Source of the DNA: Candidatus Aminicenantes bacterium UBA6228
Lineage (GTDB): Bacteria > Acidobacteriota > Aminicenantia > Aminicenantales > Saccharicenantaceae
DNA: 64,000 nt
Assembly: GCA_002441005.1 (NCBI GenBank)
Contig: DJWO01000002.1
Coordinates: 70,784-134,783 of the forward strand
Direction: 5' to 3'
Part shown: positions 40,788-50,153 of the stretch, in pieces
Numbering within the stretch: position 1 is the stretch's first letter
How the letters are laid out: the number at the start of each line of letters is the position of its first letter
Position numbers and translations under genes: made by a program
Notes under the pieces: model-generated
Seen by the model: the letters and a program-made list of their open reading frames with translations, nothing else
The model's database searches: none
Told to the model about the DNA's origin: nothing

Positions 40788-41042
40788 TTTTCTGCCATTA
40801 ATGATAGCTGAAGCTGGCCTTTTTTAATAGTTTTATTCATTATGACTGAAACGGTTGCCTATCGCCTGGCTATCCTAACTACCCGGCCCCATTCAAGACG
40901 GCCAGCGACGGTCACTTCTGATTCTTTCCGCCTTATTCTGGTCTCTAAGTCTCAGGCCTCAAGCCTTAGATTTCTTTCAGTCTTTGATTTTTTACCAGTT
41001 AAAGTTAAAATAAAAACAATAAAGAAGAAAACTGGAGGTAAA

Positions 41043-41219
41043 ATGGCTGGAATAACTTTTGCGGTCATAATTGGCATCATCAACCTGTTACTGGTCCTTT
41101 TTCAGGTCAGTACTGGAAAAAGGTGGCTTAAGGTCAACTTCATCTGGCACCGCCGCCTGGGAGTAGTGTTGCTGGTAACGGTAGTTATCCATGCTATTTT
41201 AGCTGATCTTGGCCTTTGA
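41043..41219 (+). CDS. Small two-TM membrane protein (58 aa), hypothetical
   Basis: Internal ATG of a longer ORF; two hydrophobic helices. Weak support. Confidence 0.3.
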   Translation: MAGITFAVIIGIINLLLVLFQVSTGKRWLKVNFIWHRRLGVVLLVTVVIHAILADLGL

Positions 41220-41400
41220 TTTTCCTGTTGACCAGAAGGAAGCTCGCAGCCGAAGCTCACTTCGTATCATGATCGCGCCGCCGCCCAAATTCCATCCGGT
41301 TTTTCTCAGCACAAGAGATACACGAGAAATACATAGACGCAGATGACCAATGGGAGAAACTGCTGAAATAGATAAAATATCAGAAAGCCAGGGTAAGAAG

Positions 41401-41436
41401 AAAAAAATAGGAAATATAGATTGTGTCCCCAGTTTT
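41401..41436 (+). repeat. GTGTCCCC-box repeat (F orientation) upstream of the sensor kinase
   Basis: AAAAAAATAGGAAATATAGATTGTGTCCCCAGTTTT is almost identical to the copy at 52254. Confidence 0.85.
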
Positions 41437-41439
41437 AAC

Positions 41440-43134
41440 ATGGCGAAACGTCAAGTTTTATCCGGCTTGAATATTTTCTGGAGGATGATTCTTGGCTATC
41501 TGGTGGTCATCTTCCTGGTAGTAGCCATCAGCGCCTACTCCATCCTCAGCCTGAATAAAATTAATCGCCTGGCCAGCTCCATCCTCTCTATTGACCAACA
41601 GGTGACCGACCTCGAAACAAAGATGACGGACTCTCTCCTTGCCCAGGCTCAGAACGAGCAAAAATATCTCGTGACTCGCGATGAATCATATCTCAATCTT
41701 TATCTCTCCCAGCGGCAGGCCTTCCTCGAAAATTTCGCCCGGCTGGCCCCGCTCCTTACTTCACCCGAAGAGCTGTCTTTAAAAGAAAAAATTCAGGAAC
41801 TATTTTCGCTCTACTCCTCCCATGTGGAACAGCTGATGAACCCGTCTTCCTCACCTGCTTCACCCTCTACACTCCCCGCGCCCTCTGCGCCCCCTGCGTC
41901 CTCCTCGCCGCCCTCCACACCCCCTGCGCCGTCCTCGCCATCCACATCCTCCACGTCCTCCTCATCCCCTCCATCCTCCGCGCCCCTAAATCCTATCTCC
42001 TCTCCCTCGACGGCCATCATCGCCAGTGACTACTCTGCGGACAATAGCGCTTTACTCGGCAGTGACCCCAAAGCCCTGGTCGATGAGCTGACCGCCTCCC
42101 TCGAAAAATTGATTGGCCTGCGCCAGTCGATGATCAACCAGAAGATGGAACAGTTGCGGCAAATGGGCAACCAGGCCTCCCTCATCACCCAGATTTTGGT
42201 CGCGGCCAGCCTGGTCCTGTGCCTGATTCTGGCCTTCTTTATCACCCGCAGCATCAGCCGGCCGCTGCGGAAGATCGAAAAGATGACTGAATATATTGGT
42301 GACCTGAATTTCGATCACCACCTTAACCTTGGCGTTCATTCGCCACGCGAGCTGGCCCAACTGGCTCAATCTTTCAGTCAGATGGCTGACCGGCTAAAAG
42401 AAATAGATGAGATGAAAAACAATTTCATTTCCCATGTCTCTCACGAACTCCGCACGCCCCTGACCTCCATCAATGAAGCCGGCGATTTACTGCTGGATGG
42501 GGTGGGCGGAGAGATTACCAGCCGCCAGGAGCACCTGCTGCAAATTATCAAACAGTGCACCGAGCGGTTGATCAAAATGGTCAATAACCTCCTCGACCTG
42601 TCCAAGATGGAAGCCGGCATGATGAATTATGAATTCGTTCAGGCCAGCTTTAGCCAGATAATTCTCCATAGCCTCCAGGAGCTCGACTTGCTGGCCCGGA
42701 AGAAATCTATCCGGCTCGAAGTTCAGCTGGAAGACAATCTGCCCCTGCTTAAAATGGATGTTGATAGAATGCAGGAAGTCGTGGATAACCTGCTGAGTAA
42801 CGCGGTCAAATTTACTCCGGAAGGCGGGACTGTCCGGATTGAAGCCCGCCAGGTGACGAGCTTTCTTCAGGTCAGTGTGTCTGACACCGGGCCCGGTATT
42901 CCCCCCGAGTATCAGTCCAGAATATTTGAAAAATTCCAGGGAATTAAGTCCGGCCGGACGTCTCAGACAAAGGGAACCGGCCTGGGCCTGTCCATCGCCA
43001 GCCATATTGTCAAAGCCCATGGAGGAAAAATCTGGGTGGAAAGCACCGAAAGGAAAGGAAGCACCTTTTATTTTAGTCTTCCGCTCACTGCTGCCCGGGA
43101 GAAAGACCGCCCCGAGGAAAAGAAGGAGAAGTGA
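41440..43134 (+). CDS. Sensor histidine kinase (TM - extracytoplasmic domain with P/S/A-rich tract - TM - HAMP - HisKA - HATPase)
   Basis: HELRTPLT H-box plus N and G boxes (GTGLGLSI). The MAKRQVL start was chosen because the longer ORF begins inside the repeat. Confidence 0.85.
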   Translation: MAKRQVLSGLNIFWRMILGYLVVIFLVVAISAYSILSLNKINRLASSILSIDQQVTDLETKMTDSLLAQAQNEQKYLVTRDESYLNLYLSQRQAFLENFARLAPLLTSPEELSLKEKIQELFSLYSSHVEQLMNPSSSPASPSTLPAPSAPPASSSPPSTPPAPSSPSTSSTSSSSPPSSAPLNPISSPSTAIIASDYSADNSALLGSDPKALVDELTASLEKLIGLRQSMINQKMEQLRQMGNQASLITQILVAASLVLCLILAFFITRSISRPLRKIEKMTEYIGDLNFDHHLNLGVHSPRELAQLAQSFSQMADRLKEIDEMKNNFISHVSHELRTPLTSINEAGDLLLDGVGGEITSRQEHLLQIIKQCTERLIKMVNNLLDLSKMEAGMMNYEFVQASFSQIILHSLQELDLLARKKSIRLEVQLEDNLPLLKMDVDRMQEVVDNLLSNAVKFTPEGGTVRIEARQVTSFLQVSVSDTGPGIPPEYQSRIFEKFQGIKSGRTSQTKGTGLGLSIASHIVKAHGGKIWVESTERKGSTFYFSLPLTAAREKDRPEEKKEK

Positions 43135-43135
43135 A

Positions 43136-43819
43136 ATGTCCCGCTTTACTGGCCTTACTGGCTCTGCTGGCTTAAACTTGAAAAAGCCTGACCTGTTTCT
43201 GACCCTGGCCCTGGCCGCGGCCGTCATAGGTGCTGCCGCCATGACCCTGAGCTGCTCAACCATGTTTGTTTCTCCACAGAAAGAGGAAATCAAAATCCAT
43301 CTTTCCCGGGCTGAATATTTCTTTAATCGCAGTGATTATCAAAAGGCCGCTCAAGAATATGAACAGATTCTGGCCCGGTATCCCCGGAACCCCTGGCAGG
43401 ATAAAGTCCTGTTTTCCCTCGGCCGGCTTTACGGCCGGAGTGATAATCCTCAGCGGGATTTTAAAACCTCGTTTTCTTATTTTCAGAGGCTAAAAGCCGG
43501 GTTTCCAAAAAGTACTTATATCAAAGAAACCGAAGAGTGGCTCAACTGGCTCGAAGAGATTATCTCTCTCCAGGAAAAAATTAATTCTCTGCAAACTGAA
43601 ATCAGTACTCTCCAGGCTGAATTAAATAAGGTCACTGCCGAAAAACTTGAAGCGGAAAAAGCTCTGTCAACCGAGACTTCGCGTCAGGCGCAAGAAAGAA
43701 CTGAGCTTGAAAATAAAATACGCCAGCAAAATACCCTGATTGAAAACCTTAAAAGCCAGCTGGAAAAAATCAAAGAGATAGACGTCCTCACCGAGAGAAA
43801 AACCAAAAAAGATAATTAA
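43136..43819 (+). CDS. TPR-like / coiled-coil lipoprotein
   Basis: Signal peptide with the TLSC lipobox, a TPR-like segment, then heptad-rich QTEISTLQAELNK... Confidence 0.55.
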   Translation: MSRFTGLTGSAGLNLKKPDLFLTLALAAAVIGAAAMTLSCSTMFVSPQKEEIKIHLSRAEYFFNRSDYQKAAQEYEQILARYPRNPWQDKVLFSLGRLYGRSDNPQRDFKTSFSYFQRLKAGFPKSTYIKETEEWLNWLEEIISLQEKINSLQTEISTLQAELNKVTAEKLEAEKALSTETSRQAQERTELENKIRQQNTLIENLKSQLEKIKEIDVLTERKTKKDN

Positions 43820-43832
43820 TAAGGAGGCCGGC

Positions 43833-45194
43833 ATGGCCGCAGAGAAAATTCTGGTAGTTGATGATGAAACCAACATCCTGGAAGTTTTAAAAATCAGGCT
43901 GGAAGCTGAAGGCTATGCAGTGACGGCCGTCGAGACAGCCGGCGAAGCCATAGCCAAAGCCAGAGAGGAATTCTTTAATCTGGCTATTACCGACCTCAAG
44001 CTTGGCTCGGCCGACGGACTTGAACTTATGGAAAATCTTCTTCTGATTAATCCTGACCTGCCGGTCATTATTCTGACGGCCTATGGGACCATTGAAAGTG
44101 CTGTCCAGGCGGTCAAGAAAGGAGCTTATAGCTATCTGACCAAACCGTTTGATCATAAGGAGTTAAGCCTGCAGATCAAAAATGCCCTGGAAAAACAAAG
44201 GTTAATGTCCCGGATCAGGGAGCTGCAGACTCTTGTTCAAGATAAATACAACATCACCAACATCATCGGCAAGAGCGAAAAGATGAAGAAGGTTTTTGAA
44301 CAGATTGGTCAGATCGCCGCCACCGACTTTACTGTCTATATCTACGGTGAAAGCGGCACCGGTAAGGAACTGGTGGCCAAAGCCATTCATTGCAACAGCC
44401 TCCGGGCCAGTCAGCCCTTTGTTGCCGTCAACTGCGGAGCCTTGCCTGAGACACTCCTTGAAAGCGAGCTCTTTGGACACGTCAAGGGTGCTTTCACTGA
44501 TGCCCATCAGGCCAAAAAGGGGTTATTCGCCCAGGCCGATAAAGGCACCATCTTCCTGGACGACATCTCCGAGGCCCCGCCGTCTCTCCAGATTAAACTT
44601 TTAAGGGTACTGCAGGAGCAGGAAATCAGGCCGGTTGGTAGCGACGCCAGCCAGAAGGTTGATGTCCGGGTTATTGTCGCCACTAATAAGGATCTGGCTA
44701 AAGAAGTTCAGGAGGGAAGATTCAGAGAGGACCTGTTTTACCGGATCCATGTGATTCCGATCGACCTGCCGCCACTGCGGGAGAGGAAAGAAGATATCCC
44801 GCTTCTGGCAGACTATTTCCTCAAAAAATACAGCCAGGGACTGAATAAGCCAATCGAGGGCATTTCGCCCGAAGCGCTGCACAAAATGATGCTCTACGAC
44901 TGGCCAGGGAACGTCCGGGAACTCGAAAACAAAATGGAATATGCTGTGGCTATGTGCCAGAAGGCGGTAATTTCGCCTGAAGACATTTTTCTGGGGCCAG
45001 CTGCCAGCAGCGGGGAGGAGCAAGTCAAAGCTTTGGAGGAAGCCAGGCTGGAGTTTGAGAAAGAATACCTCATTAACCTTCTTAAGATAAACAAGGGCCA
45101 CGTAGCCAGGGCAGCTAAGATGGCGAAAAGGCAAAGATCCGACATTTACTATCTCATTAAGAAATATAATATTAACCCGGCCGATTACCGGTAG
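43833..45194 (+). CDS. Sigma-54-dependent response regulator (NtrC family: REC-AAA+-HTH)
   Basis: Receiver Asp, Walker A GESGTGKE, GAFTDA (the GAFTGA variant), ESELFGH and a C-terminal HTH. Confidence 0.9.
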   Translation: MAAEKILVVDDETNILEVLKIRLEAEGYAVTAVETAGEAIAKAREEFFNLAITDLKLGSADGLELMENLLLINPDLPVIILTAYGTIESAVQAVKKGAYSYLTKPFDHKELSLQIKNALEKQRLMSRIRELQTLVQDKYNITNIIGKSEKMKKVFEQIGQIAATDFTVYIYGESGTGKELVAKAIHCNSLRASQPFVAVNCGALPETLLESELFGHVKGAFTDAHQAKKGLFAQADKGTIFLDDISEAPPSLQIKLLRVLQEQEIRPVGSDASQKVDVRVIVATNKDLAKEVQEGRFREDLFYRIHVIPIDLPPLRERKEDIPLLADYFLKKYSQGLNKPIEGISPEALHKMMLYDWPGNVRELENKMEYAVAMCQKAVISPEDIFLGPAASSGEEQVKALEEARLEFEKEYLINLLKINKGHVARAAKMAKRQRSDIYYLIKKYNINPADYR

Positions 45195-45231
45195 GGTCAT
45201 AATTCAGCAGACAGACAACCCCCGGATGAGG

Positions 45232-45249
45232 TGTCTAAATTTTTAGACA
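45232..45249. promoter_or_regulatory. Palindrome TGTCTAAA-tt-TTTAGACA, candidate activator binding site (UAS)
   Basis: Perfect 8-bp inverted repeat about 200 bp upstream of the sigma-54 promoter; a half-site TGTCTAAA recurs at 45315-45322. Confidence 0.35.
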
Positions 45250-45442
45250 AAGCCTCTAAGCCTATCATCTCCCTTAGAAAGCCTGAAAAGCTGGCTTTTG
45301 TGGCCTGAATTTGTGTCTAAAAGCTTGGAAAAATTGGGCGAAAGGGATCGAAGGCCTGCCTGAATCATCGATGATTTTATCTCCCTGATTATAAATAACT
45401 TAGACGAGCGCAGTCATGTTTTTGGGGCTCCAGTAGAAGGTC

Positions 45443-45458
45443 TGGCACGAATTTCGCT
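45443..45458 (+). promoter_or_regulatory. Sigma-54 (-24/-12) promoter TGGCACGaattTCGCT
   Basis: Matches TGGCACG-N4-TTGCW at 15 of 16 defined positions, with correctly spaced GG and GC. It lies about 30 nt upstream of the AGGAGG RBS and the ATG at 45486. Confidence 0.6.
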
Positions 45459-45485
45459 TTATTAGCAGCTTGAAAGGAGGTTTCA

Positions 45486-45791
45486 ATGAAAACCTTAAAA
45501 AATCTAATGGTTCTCGTCCTGGCCCTGGGACTAATTGGTTCCGTGGCCATGGCCTCTCCGAACCCGGAGAAAATCACCGGCGCGGTGACAGCGGTTGACA
45601 CCGCGGCCAAAACCCTGACTGTCAAAGCTGATCAGTCAGGAATCGAGTATGTGCTCCAGGTGGACGAAAACACCGTCATCAAGAAGGGTGACAAGAACAT
45701 TAAACTATCTGAAATCGTTGTCACCGATACGGTTGAAGTAGAAGCCCAGGACAGCAAGGCTCTGTCCATCACGGTCATAGTCAAAAAGTAG
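45486..45791 (+). CDS. Small secreted protein (101 aa), function unknown
   Basis: Clear signal peptide (LVLALGLIGSVAMA), a strong RBS and the sigma-54 promoter upstream. Confidence 0.6.
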   Translation: MKTLKNLMVLVLALGLIGSVAMASPNPEKITGAVTAVDTAAKTLTVKADQSGIEYVLQVDENTVIKKGDKNIKLSEIVVTDTVEVEAQDSKALSITVIVKK

Positions 45792-45870
45792 AAGAGAGAA
45801 TAACCGGTTGGCAAAGGCTGAGGGGCCCGGGGGGTCCTGACAGCCATTATGGTTGAGGTCAGTAGAAGCC

Positions 45871-45919
45871 AGGGGAAGAGAGTACCTCTGATACGCTCCG
45901 TTCCCAGCTCTCTTCCCCT
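45871..45919 (+). terminator. Possible intrinsic terminator: 12-bp stem AGGGGAAGAGAG / CTCTCTTCCCCT
   Basis: Perfect 12-bp inverted repeat followed by a T-rich stretch, downstream of 45486..45791. The 25-nt loop is unusually large. Confidence 0.35.
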
Positions 45920-45987
45920 TCCTCTCTACCATTTAATCATTTGTTAAATCTGGTAATTAAGATTCCTTTTAAGGAGGGATAAGAGAA

Positions 45988-46623
45988 ATGAAAAAACATC
46001 AAAAGATTTTCATTTTCGCCATCGCCACTCTTGTCATCTTTATCTCGAGCCAGAGTTGCGCCACCAAAAAATTTGTCAGAACCGAAGTAGGAACAGTAGA
46101 TCAGCAGGTAAAAGATGTTAAGACAGCGGTTGATGAAAACACCAAAACCATCCAGGCCCATGAAGAAAAGCTGGCCAGCTTAGGGTCGCTTATCACCCAG
46201 CAGGGCTCGGAGCTAAAAAATGTGGAAACAAGCCTGGAAGAAGTCCGGAAAACTGCTCAAGGGAAACTAATTTTAAAGGAAGTCCTCAAGAACGACGAAG
46301 TTAAATTCGCCTTTGATAAGGCCGAGTTGACGGCTGAGGCTAAAGCCAGGCTGGATGAATTTGTCCAGAAACTTATCGAACTCGACCGCGGCCTGTATCT
46401 TGAAATTCAAGGGCATACCGACAATACCGGCCCGGATAGCTGGAATATGAGGCTGGGGAAGATGAGAGCAGAGGCAGTTAGAGATTATCTGTACAAGCAG
46501 CATCACCTGCCACTTCACCGGATGGAGGTCATCAGTTTAGGAAGCTCGGTGCCGGTAGCCGATAACAACAGCCGTGAGGGAAGAGCAGCCAACAGGCGGG
46601 TCGAAATCTTAGTCTATGAATAA
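45988..46623 (+). CDS. OmpA-family lipoprotein (coiled-coil + OmpA/MotB peptidoglycan-binding domain)
   Basis: Lipobox SQSC and a C-terminal OmpA-like domain (…NRRVEI). Confidence 0.8.
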   Translation: MKKHQKIFIFAIATLVIFISSQSCATKKFVRTEVGTVDQQVKDVKTAVDENTKTIQAHEEKLASLGSLITQQGSELKNVETSLEEVRKTAQGKLILKEVLKNDEVKFAFDKAELTAEAKARLDEFVQKLIELDRGLYLEIQGHTDNTGPDSWNMRLGKMRAEAVRDYLYKQHHLPLHRMEVISLGSSVPVADNNSREGRAANRRVEILVYE

Positions 46624-46653
46624 ATGGGGACACATTCTATATTTCCTATTTTT
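46622..46653 (-). repeat. GTGTCCCC-box repeat (R orientation, variant)
   Basis: AAATGGGGACACATTCTATATTTCCTATTTTT, located at the stop of the OmpA-family gene. Confidence 0.8.
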
Positions 46654-46699
46654 CGCCCCTTTTTTATGGCGACAAGATTGAGAAATAGAGAATACCTAT

Positions 46700-47551
46700 A
46701 TGAAGAGGGTACCTGGATCAGCCAATTTTCGCCGCCAGGCGATGGTGGCCCTCCGGAGTGTGGCGGCAGCGACGGCACTGCTTTACCTTGCTGGCTGTGC
46801 AAGCGGGCTACGAGCCCCAGGATCACTGCCGCCTCCTCCATCCTCTGCCTCACGGCCTGGTCCCTGGGAGACAAGCTACGCTGTCTATGACCCCGCCCTT
46901 TTTGGGCCAGAGTTGCCACTCACCGGACTTGTTGAACAACACCGGCTCAAACTCAAAAACGGCAAGCTAAAAAAGGCCAGGCTTCTCATCATCAAATCAC
47001 AGCGGCGGCTCGAACTCTGGGTTGGGAAAAAGATGGTTAAGGCCTATCGTATCCAACTCGGCCAGAATCCCGCCGGGCCGAAAAAGCGGCAGGGTGATTT
47101 GCGAACTCCTGAGGGCGAATACTTTATCTGCGAGCACCGGCCATCAACCTACCATCGCGGTCTGATGATTTCCTATCCAAATGTTCAGGATGCCAGGCGC
47201 GGACTGGAAGCGGGCTTAATCAGTCAGAAACAGTTCGACGAGATTAGAGCTGCCATCAAAGAGGGGAGATGCCCCCCACAGAACACCAAGCTCGGCGGAC
47301 TGATTTTGATTCACGGCCAGCTGCCCGAGTATACGGCAGATTTTGCCCGGAGCCAGAGGGCAAAACCAGGCTCGCGTCGGCCAGGACTTGAGCCCGGGGA
47401 TGCCAATCCCGCCGAGATTCGCGAATTTCATGATTGGACCAACGGCTGCATCGCCCTGTTCAATCCGGACATTCGCGAGCTCTATGAGTTTGTCCCGGAC
47501 GGAACCCCCGTGACCATTGTGGCTAACGGTCCAGTCACCGCCCCTCATTAA
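46700..47551 (+). CDS. L,D-transpeptidase (YkuD domain) lipoprotein
   Basis: Catalytic HGQ…TNGCIAL motif and a lipoprotein signal peptide. Confidence 0.8.
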   Translation: MKRVPGSANFRRQAMVALRSVAAATALLYLAGCASGLRAPGSLPPPPSSASRPGPWETSYAVYDPALFGPELPLTGLVEQHRLKLKNGKLKKARLLIIKSQRRLELWVGKKMVKAYRIQLGQNPAGPKKRQGDLRTPEGEYFICEHRPSTYHRGLMISYPNVQDARRGLEAGLISQKQFDEIRAAIKEGRCPPQNTKLGGLILIHGQLPEYTADFARSQRAKPGSRRPGLEPGDANPAEIREFHDWTNGCIALFNPDIRELYEFVPDGTPVTIVANGPVTAPH

Positions 47552-47750
47552 AATCGGGACACCCTAGATTTTCACTATTTTCTCCCTACAAATTTGTGCT
47601 AATTCGGGACACCTTAAATAATACGGACACAATCTATATTTCCTCTTTTTACCATCACCAGCATAGATGTACTGACTTAAAAGAAGCGAGGTAACGCAAA
47701 GCCAAAACCATCTTTAAAAAAAAGTGAATATCTAGGGTGTCCCCATTTTT
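47552..47750. mobile_element. MITE-like ~200-bp element with terminal inverted GTGTCCCC-box repeats (three R-type units on the left, one F-type on the right)
   Basis: The left end CGGGACACCCTAGATTTTCAC is the inverted match of the right end GTGAATATCTAGGGTGTCCCC. The element lies immediately after the L,D-transpeptidase stop. Confidence 0.7.
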
Positions 47751-47791
47751 CTTTTCTTGCAGGAAGTGGACATATTTGGTATATTATTGCC

Positions 47792-48412
47792 ATGAAATGG
47801 GCGCAGTTTCTCGACCTTGCTGGCAACGAGCCTATTTTCTCCTCTTCGCTTCTAAAGACAGAGGACATCAGTCCCGCCGAGGCTGGCAAGCAGCTCTCCC
47901 GTTGGGTCAAGTCTGGAAAGCTCATCCAGATTCGCCGCGGTCTTTACATGTTAGCTGAGCCATATATAAAAATCAGACCTCATCCCTTCTATGTCGCCAA
48001 CAAGCTCCAGAGAGGCTCTTATGTCAGTCTGCAGTCAGCCCTGGAATACTATGGCCTTATCCCGGAATATGTGCCGGCCGTTACGAGCGTTACTACCAGG
48101 CGCACCCAAACTTTCGCCACTCCCCTTGGCAATTACATTTTCCGCCATGTCAAAAAGGAGCTTTTCTTCGATTATGTTCAATTAGACATGGGAGGAGGGC
48201 AACTGGCTTTTGTGGCCACGCCAGAAAAGTCCCTCCTTGATCTTTTATATCTCACTCCCGGCTCTGATAATCCTTCTTATCTCCGCGAACTAAGACTTCA
48301 GAATCTCGAAAATCTGAATATTGAACGTTTCAAATCTCTGGCCAGCCAGACACGCAGCCGCAAGCTTATCCGAGCCGCAGGAATTCTTGGAGGTCTGTTA
48401 AGGAGGCTTTAA
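47792..48412 (+). CDS. abiEi: AbiEi-family type IV toxin-antitoxin antitoxin / transcriptional regulator
   Basis: 206 aa with an N-terminal wHTH and the typical C-terminal domain; paired with the downstream NTase. Confidence 0.75.
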   Translation: MKWAQFLDLAGNEPIFSSSLLKTEDISPAEAGKQLSRWVKSGKLIQIRRGLYMLAEPYIKIRPHPFYVANKLQRGSYVSLQSALEYYGLIPEYVPAVTSVTTRRTQTFATPLGNYIFRHVKKELFFDYVQLDMGGGQLAFVATPEKSLLDLLYLTPGSDNPSYLRELRLQNLENLNIERFKSLASQTRSRKLIRAAGILGGLLRRL

Positions 48413-48426
48413 AGGAAGGCCGAAAA

Positions 48427-49260
48427 ATGAAAGAGCAAATCAAACAGATCATTCAACAGGCATCGACTCCTCTTCAAGCCAGAAATCTTATGCGCGAGTA
48501 TCTTCAGGCTCGCCTTCTGGAGTTTATTCAAGAGCACGGGCTGTTCCGTACCTGGGTCTTCCAGGGGGGTACAGCCCTTAGATTTCTCTACGGCCTTCCC
48601 CGCTATTCTCAGGACCTGGATTTTTCTTTGGACCAGTCAGACGCTTCTTATGATTTAAACCAGGCTATTGCCCGGATCCGTCCGTGGTTTGAGGCTGAGG
48701 CTTATGAAGCCGATTTAATAATTAAAAACGAAAAAAATGTAAAGTCAGCCTTTGTCCGCTTCCCCTCGCTCCTTTTTGAACTCGGCCTTGCGCCGCACCG
48801 CTTTCAGGTTTTCTCGGTCAAAATCGAGCTCGACAGCCAACCTCCGGCTGGAGGTAGAACCGAGACCACCATTATCCGCCGCCCCGTCCTTTTGAACCTT
48901 CATCACTATGATCAGGCAACACTTTTCAGTGGCAAAGTGCATGCCTTACTTAGCAGAAATTATACCAAGGGGCGGGATCTATACGACTTCTTCTGGTATC
49001 TTTCCGACCCCTCCTGGCCGGCCCCGAATTTCATTTATCTTAATGAAGCTCTGAAGCAAACAGGCTGGAGCGGCCCTCAGCTTGACCAGAATAACTGGGC
49101 CGATCTTGTGGCCGAAAAGCTCGAGGCTGTTGACTGGAGGCAAGCCATTGAAGATGTCCGGCCTTTTTTAGAAAGAGCTTCCGATCTAAACCTTTTGACT
49201 AAAGGCAATGTCCTCAAGCTGCTGGGGACTCGTTCCAGGGAGGCGAGGAAACATGGCTGA
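48427..49260 (+). CDS. abiEii: AbiEii-family nucleotidyltransferase toxin (DUF1814)
   Basis: GGTALRFLYG…SQDLDF nucleotidyltransferase motif. Confidence 0.8.
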   Translation: MKEQIKQIIQQASTPLQARNLMREYLQARLLEFIQEHGLFRTWVFQGGTALRFLYGLPRYSQDLDFSLDQSDASYDLNQAIARIRPWFEAEAYEADLIIKNEKNVKSAFVRFPSLLFELGLAPHRFQVFSVKIELDSQPPAGGRTETTIIRRPVLLNLHHYDQATLFSGKVHALLSRNYTKGRDLYDFFWYLSDPSWPAPNFIYLNEALKQTGWSGPQLDQNNWADLVAEKLEAVDWRQAIEDVRPFLERASDLNLLTKGNVLKLLGTRSREARKHG

Positions 49261-49272
49261 ATCGGCTGGATA

Positions 49273-49464
49273 ATTCGGGACACCCTAGATTTTCACTATT
49301 TTCTCCATACAAATTCGGGACGCCTTAATAAAAAATATGGACACGATCTATATCTTCCGTATTTCCCCTCGGCAACAGAGATGTCCAGAGTATAGGCAAG
49401 GAAAATATAGGGAAGCAGAAAGCCTCCTTAGAAAAATAGGAAATATCTAGGGTGTCCCCATTTT
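49273..49464. mobile_element. Second MITE-like element with the same terminal inverted repeats
   Basis: The left-end 31 nt are identical to the 47552 element, and the right end is AAAATAGGAAATATCTAGGGTGTCCCCATTTT. Confidence 0.7.
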
Positions 49465-49520
49465 CCAAGCTGATTGAGTATTTAAATTGATAATGATTTC
49501 GACCGTCATCTATAATCAAA

Positions 49521-49778
49521 GTGATCATAAAAAGGCAAGAATCAAGAATAAGGGAAGGCAGGATTTTAATGGCTGATGAAATAATTTTTTTAGTTACAGA
49601 ATCATTGGAAGGTGGTTACGAAGCTAAAGCCTTAGGGTATCCCATCTTTACCCAGGCAGAAACCATAGAGGAACTTAAAGAGGCAGTTAAGGACGCCACC
49701 CGTTGCCATTTTGACCAGGCCGAAATGCCACGGATTATTAGATTCCACCAGGTCAAAGAAGAAGTCCTTTCATTATGA
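49521..49778 (+). CDS. hicB: HicB-like antitoxin
   Basis: 85-aa RNase H-like fold family (UPF0150), immediately upstream of hicA with a 4-bp overlap. Confidence 0.65.
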   Translation: MIIKRQESRIREGRILMADEIIFLVTESLEGGYEAKALGYPIFTQAETIEELKEAVKDATRCHFDQAEMPRIIRFHQVKEEVLSL

Positions 49779-50023
49779 AGCTACCCAGAGATATTCAGGG
49801 TATTGAACTGGCCAATTCACTTAGCAAATTTGGCTATAAAATTACCAGGCAAACAGAAAGCCACTTGCGTCTAACAAGAATCTCGGAGGATGTACATCAT
49901 ATTACAATCCCAAAGCATAAAACTCTGAAAATTGGGACGTTGAATAACATTCTTAATGATGTTGCCGGGCACCTGGGCAAGACAAAAGAAGAAATAGCTG
50001 AAGAACTCTGGGAAAAGAATTAG
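49775..50023 (+). CDS. hicA: HicA mRNA interferase toxin
   Basis: 82-aa YcfA/HicA-like protein with the conserved His. Confidence 0.75.
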   Translation: MKLPRDIQGIELANSLSKFGYKITRQTESHLRLTRISEDVHHITIPKHKTLKIGTLNNILNDVAGHLGKTKEEIAEELWEKN

Positions 50024-50098
50024 CTGGGAGCCACACCGTATTTATAAGGTGTATCACGTTTTTTGCTTTTCTATAGGCCAGCCGGCTGCTCTTGTCCC

Positions 50099-50133
50099 GA
50101 AAATAGGAAATATCTAGGGTGTCCCCATTTTTC
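50099..50133 (+). repeat. GTGTCCCC-box repeat (F orientation)
   Basis: CGAAAATAGGAAATATCTAGGGTGTCCCCATTTTT. Confidence 0.85.
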
Positions 50134-50153
50134 CAGTCTTCTCCCTATCTGGC

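Noticed and set aside
40842-41042. Longer version (125 aa) of the small membrane ORF starting at 40842
   Set aside because: The N-terminal 67 residues are low-complexity, not hydrophobic, and lack an RBS. Only the internal two-TM segment from the ATG at 41043 looks protein-like, and even that is weak.
41811-42369. Antisense ORFs (41811..42020, 42030..42254, 42052..42369, 42487..43293 minus) inside the histidine kinase gene
   Set aside because: They lie entirely within a well-supported plus-strand gene. The Gly/Glu/Asp-rich translation is simply the complement of the Pro/Ser/Ala tract.
50041-50070. Sequence GGTGTATCACGTTTTTT resembling the GGGTATCACGTCCCC arm of the 119-bp palindromic element
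   Set aside because: Only about 10 contiguous matching bases with no partner arm, so it is probably coincidental.
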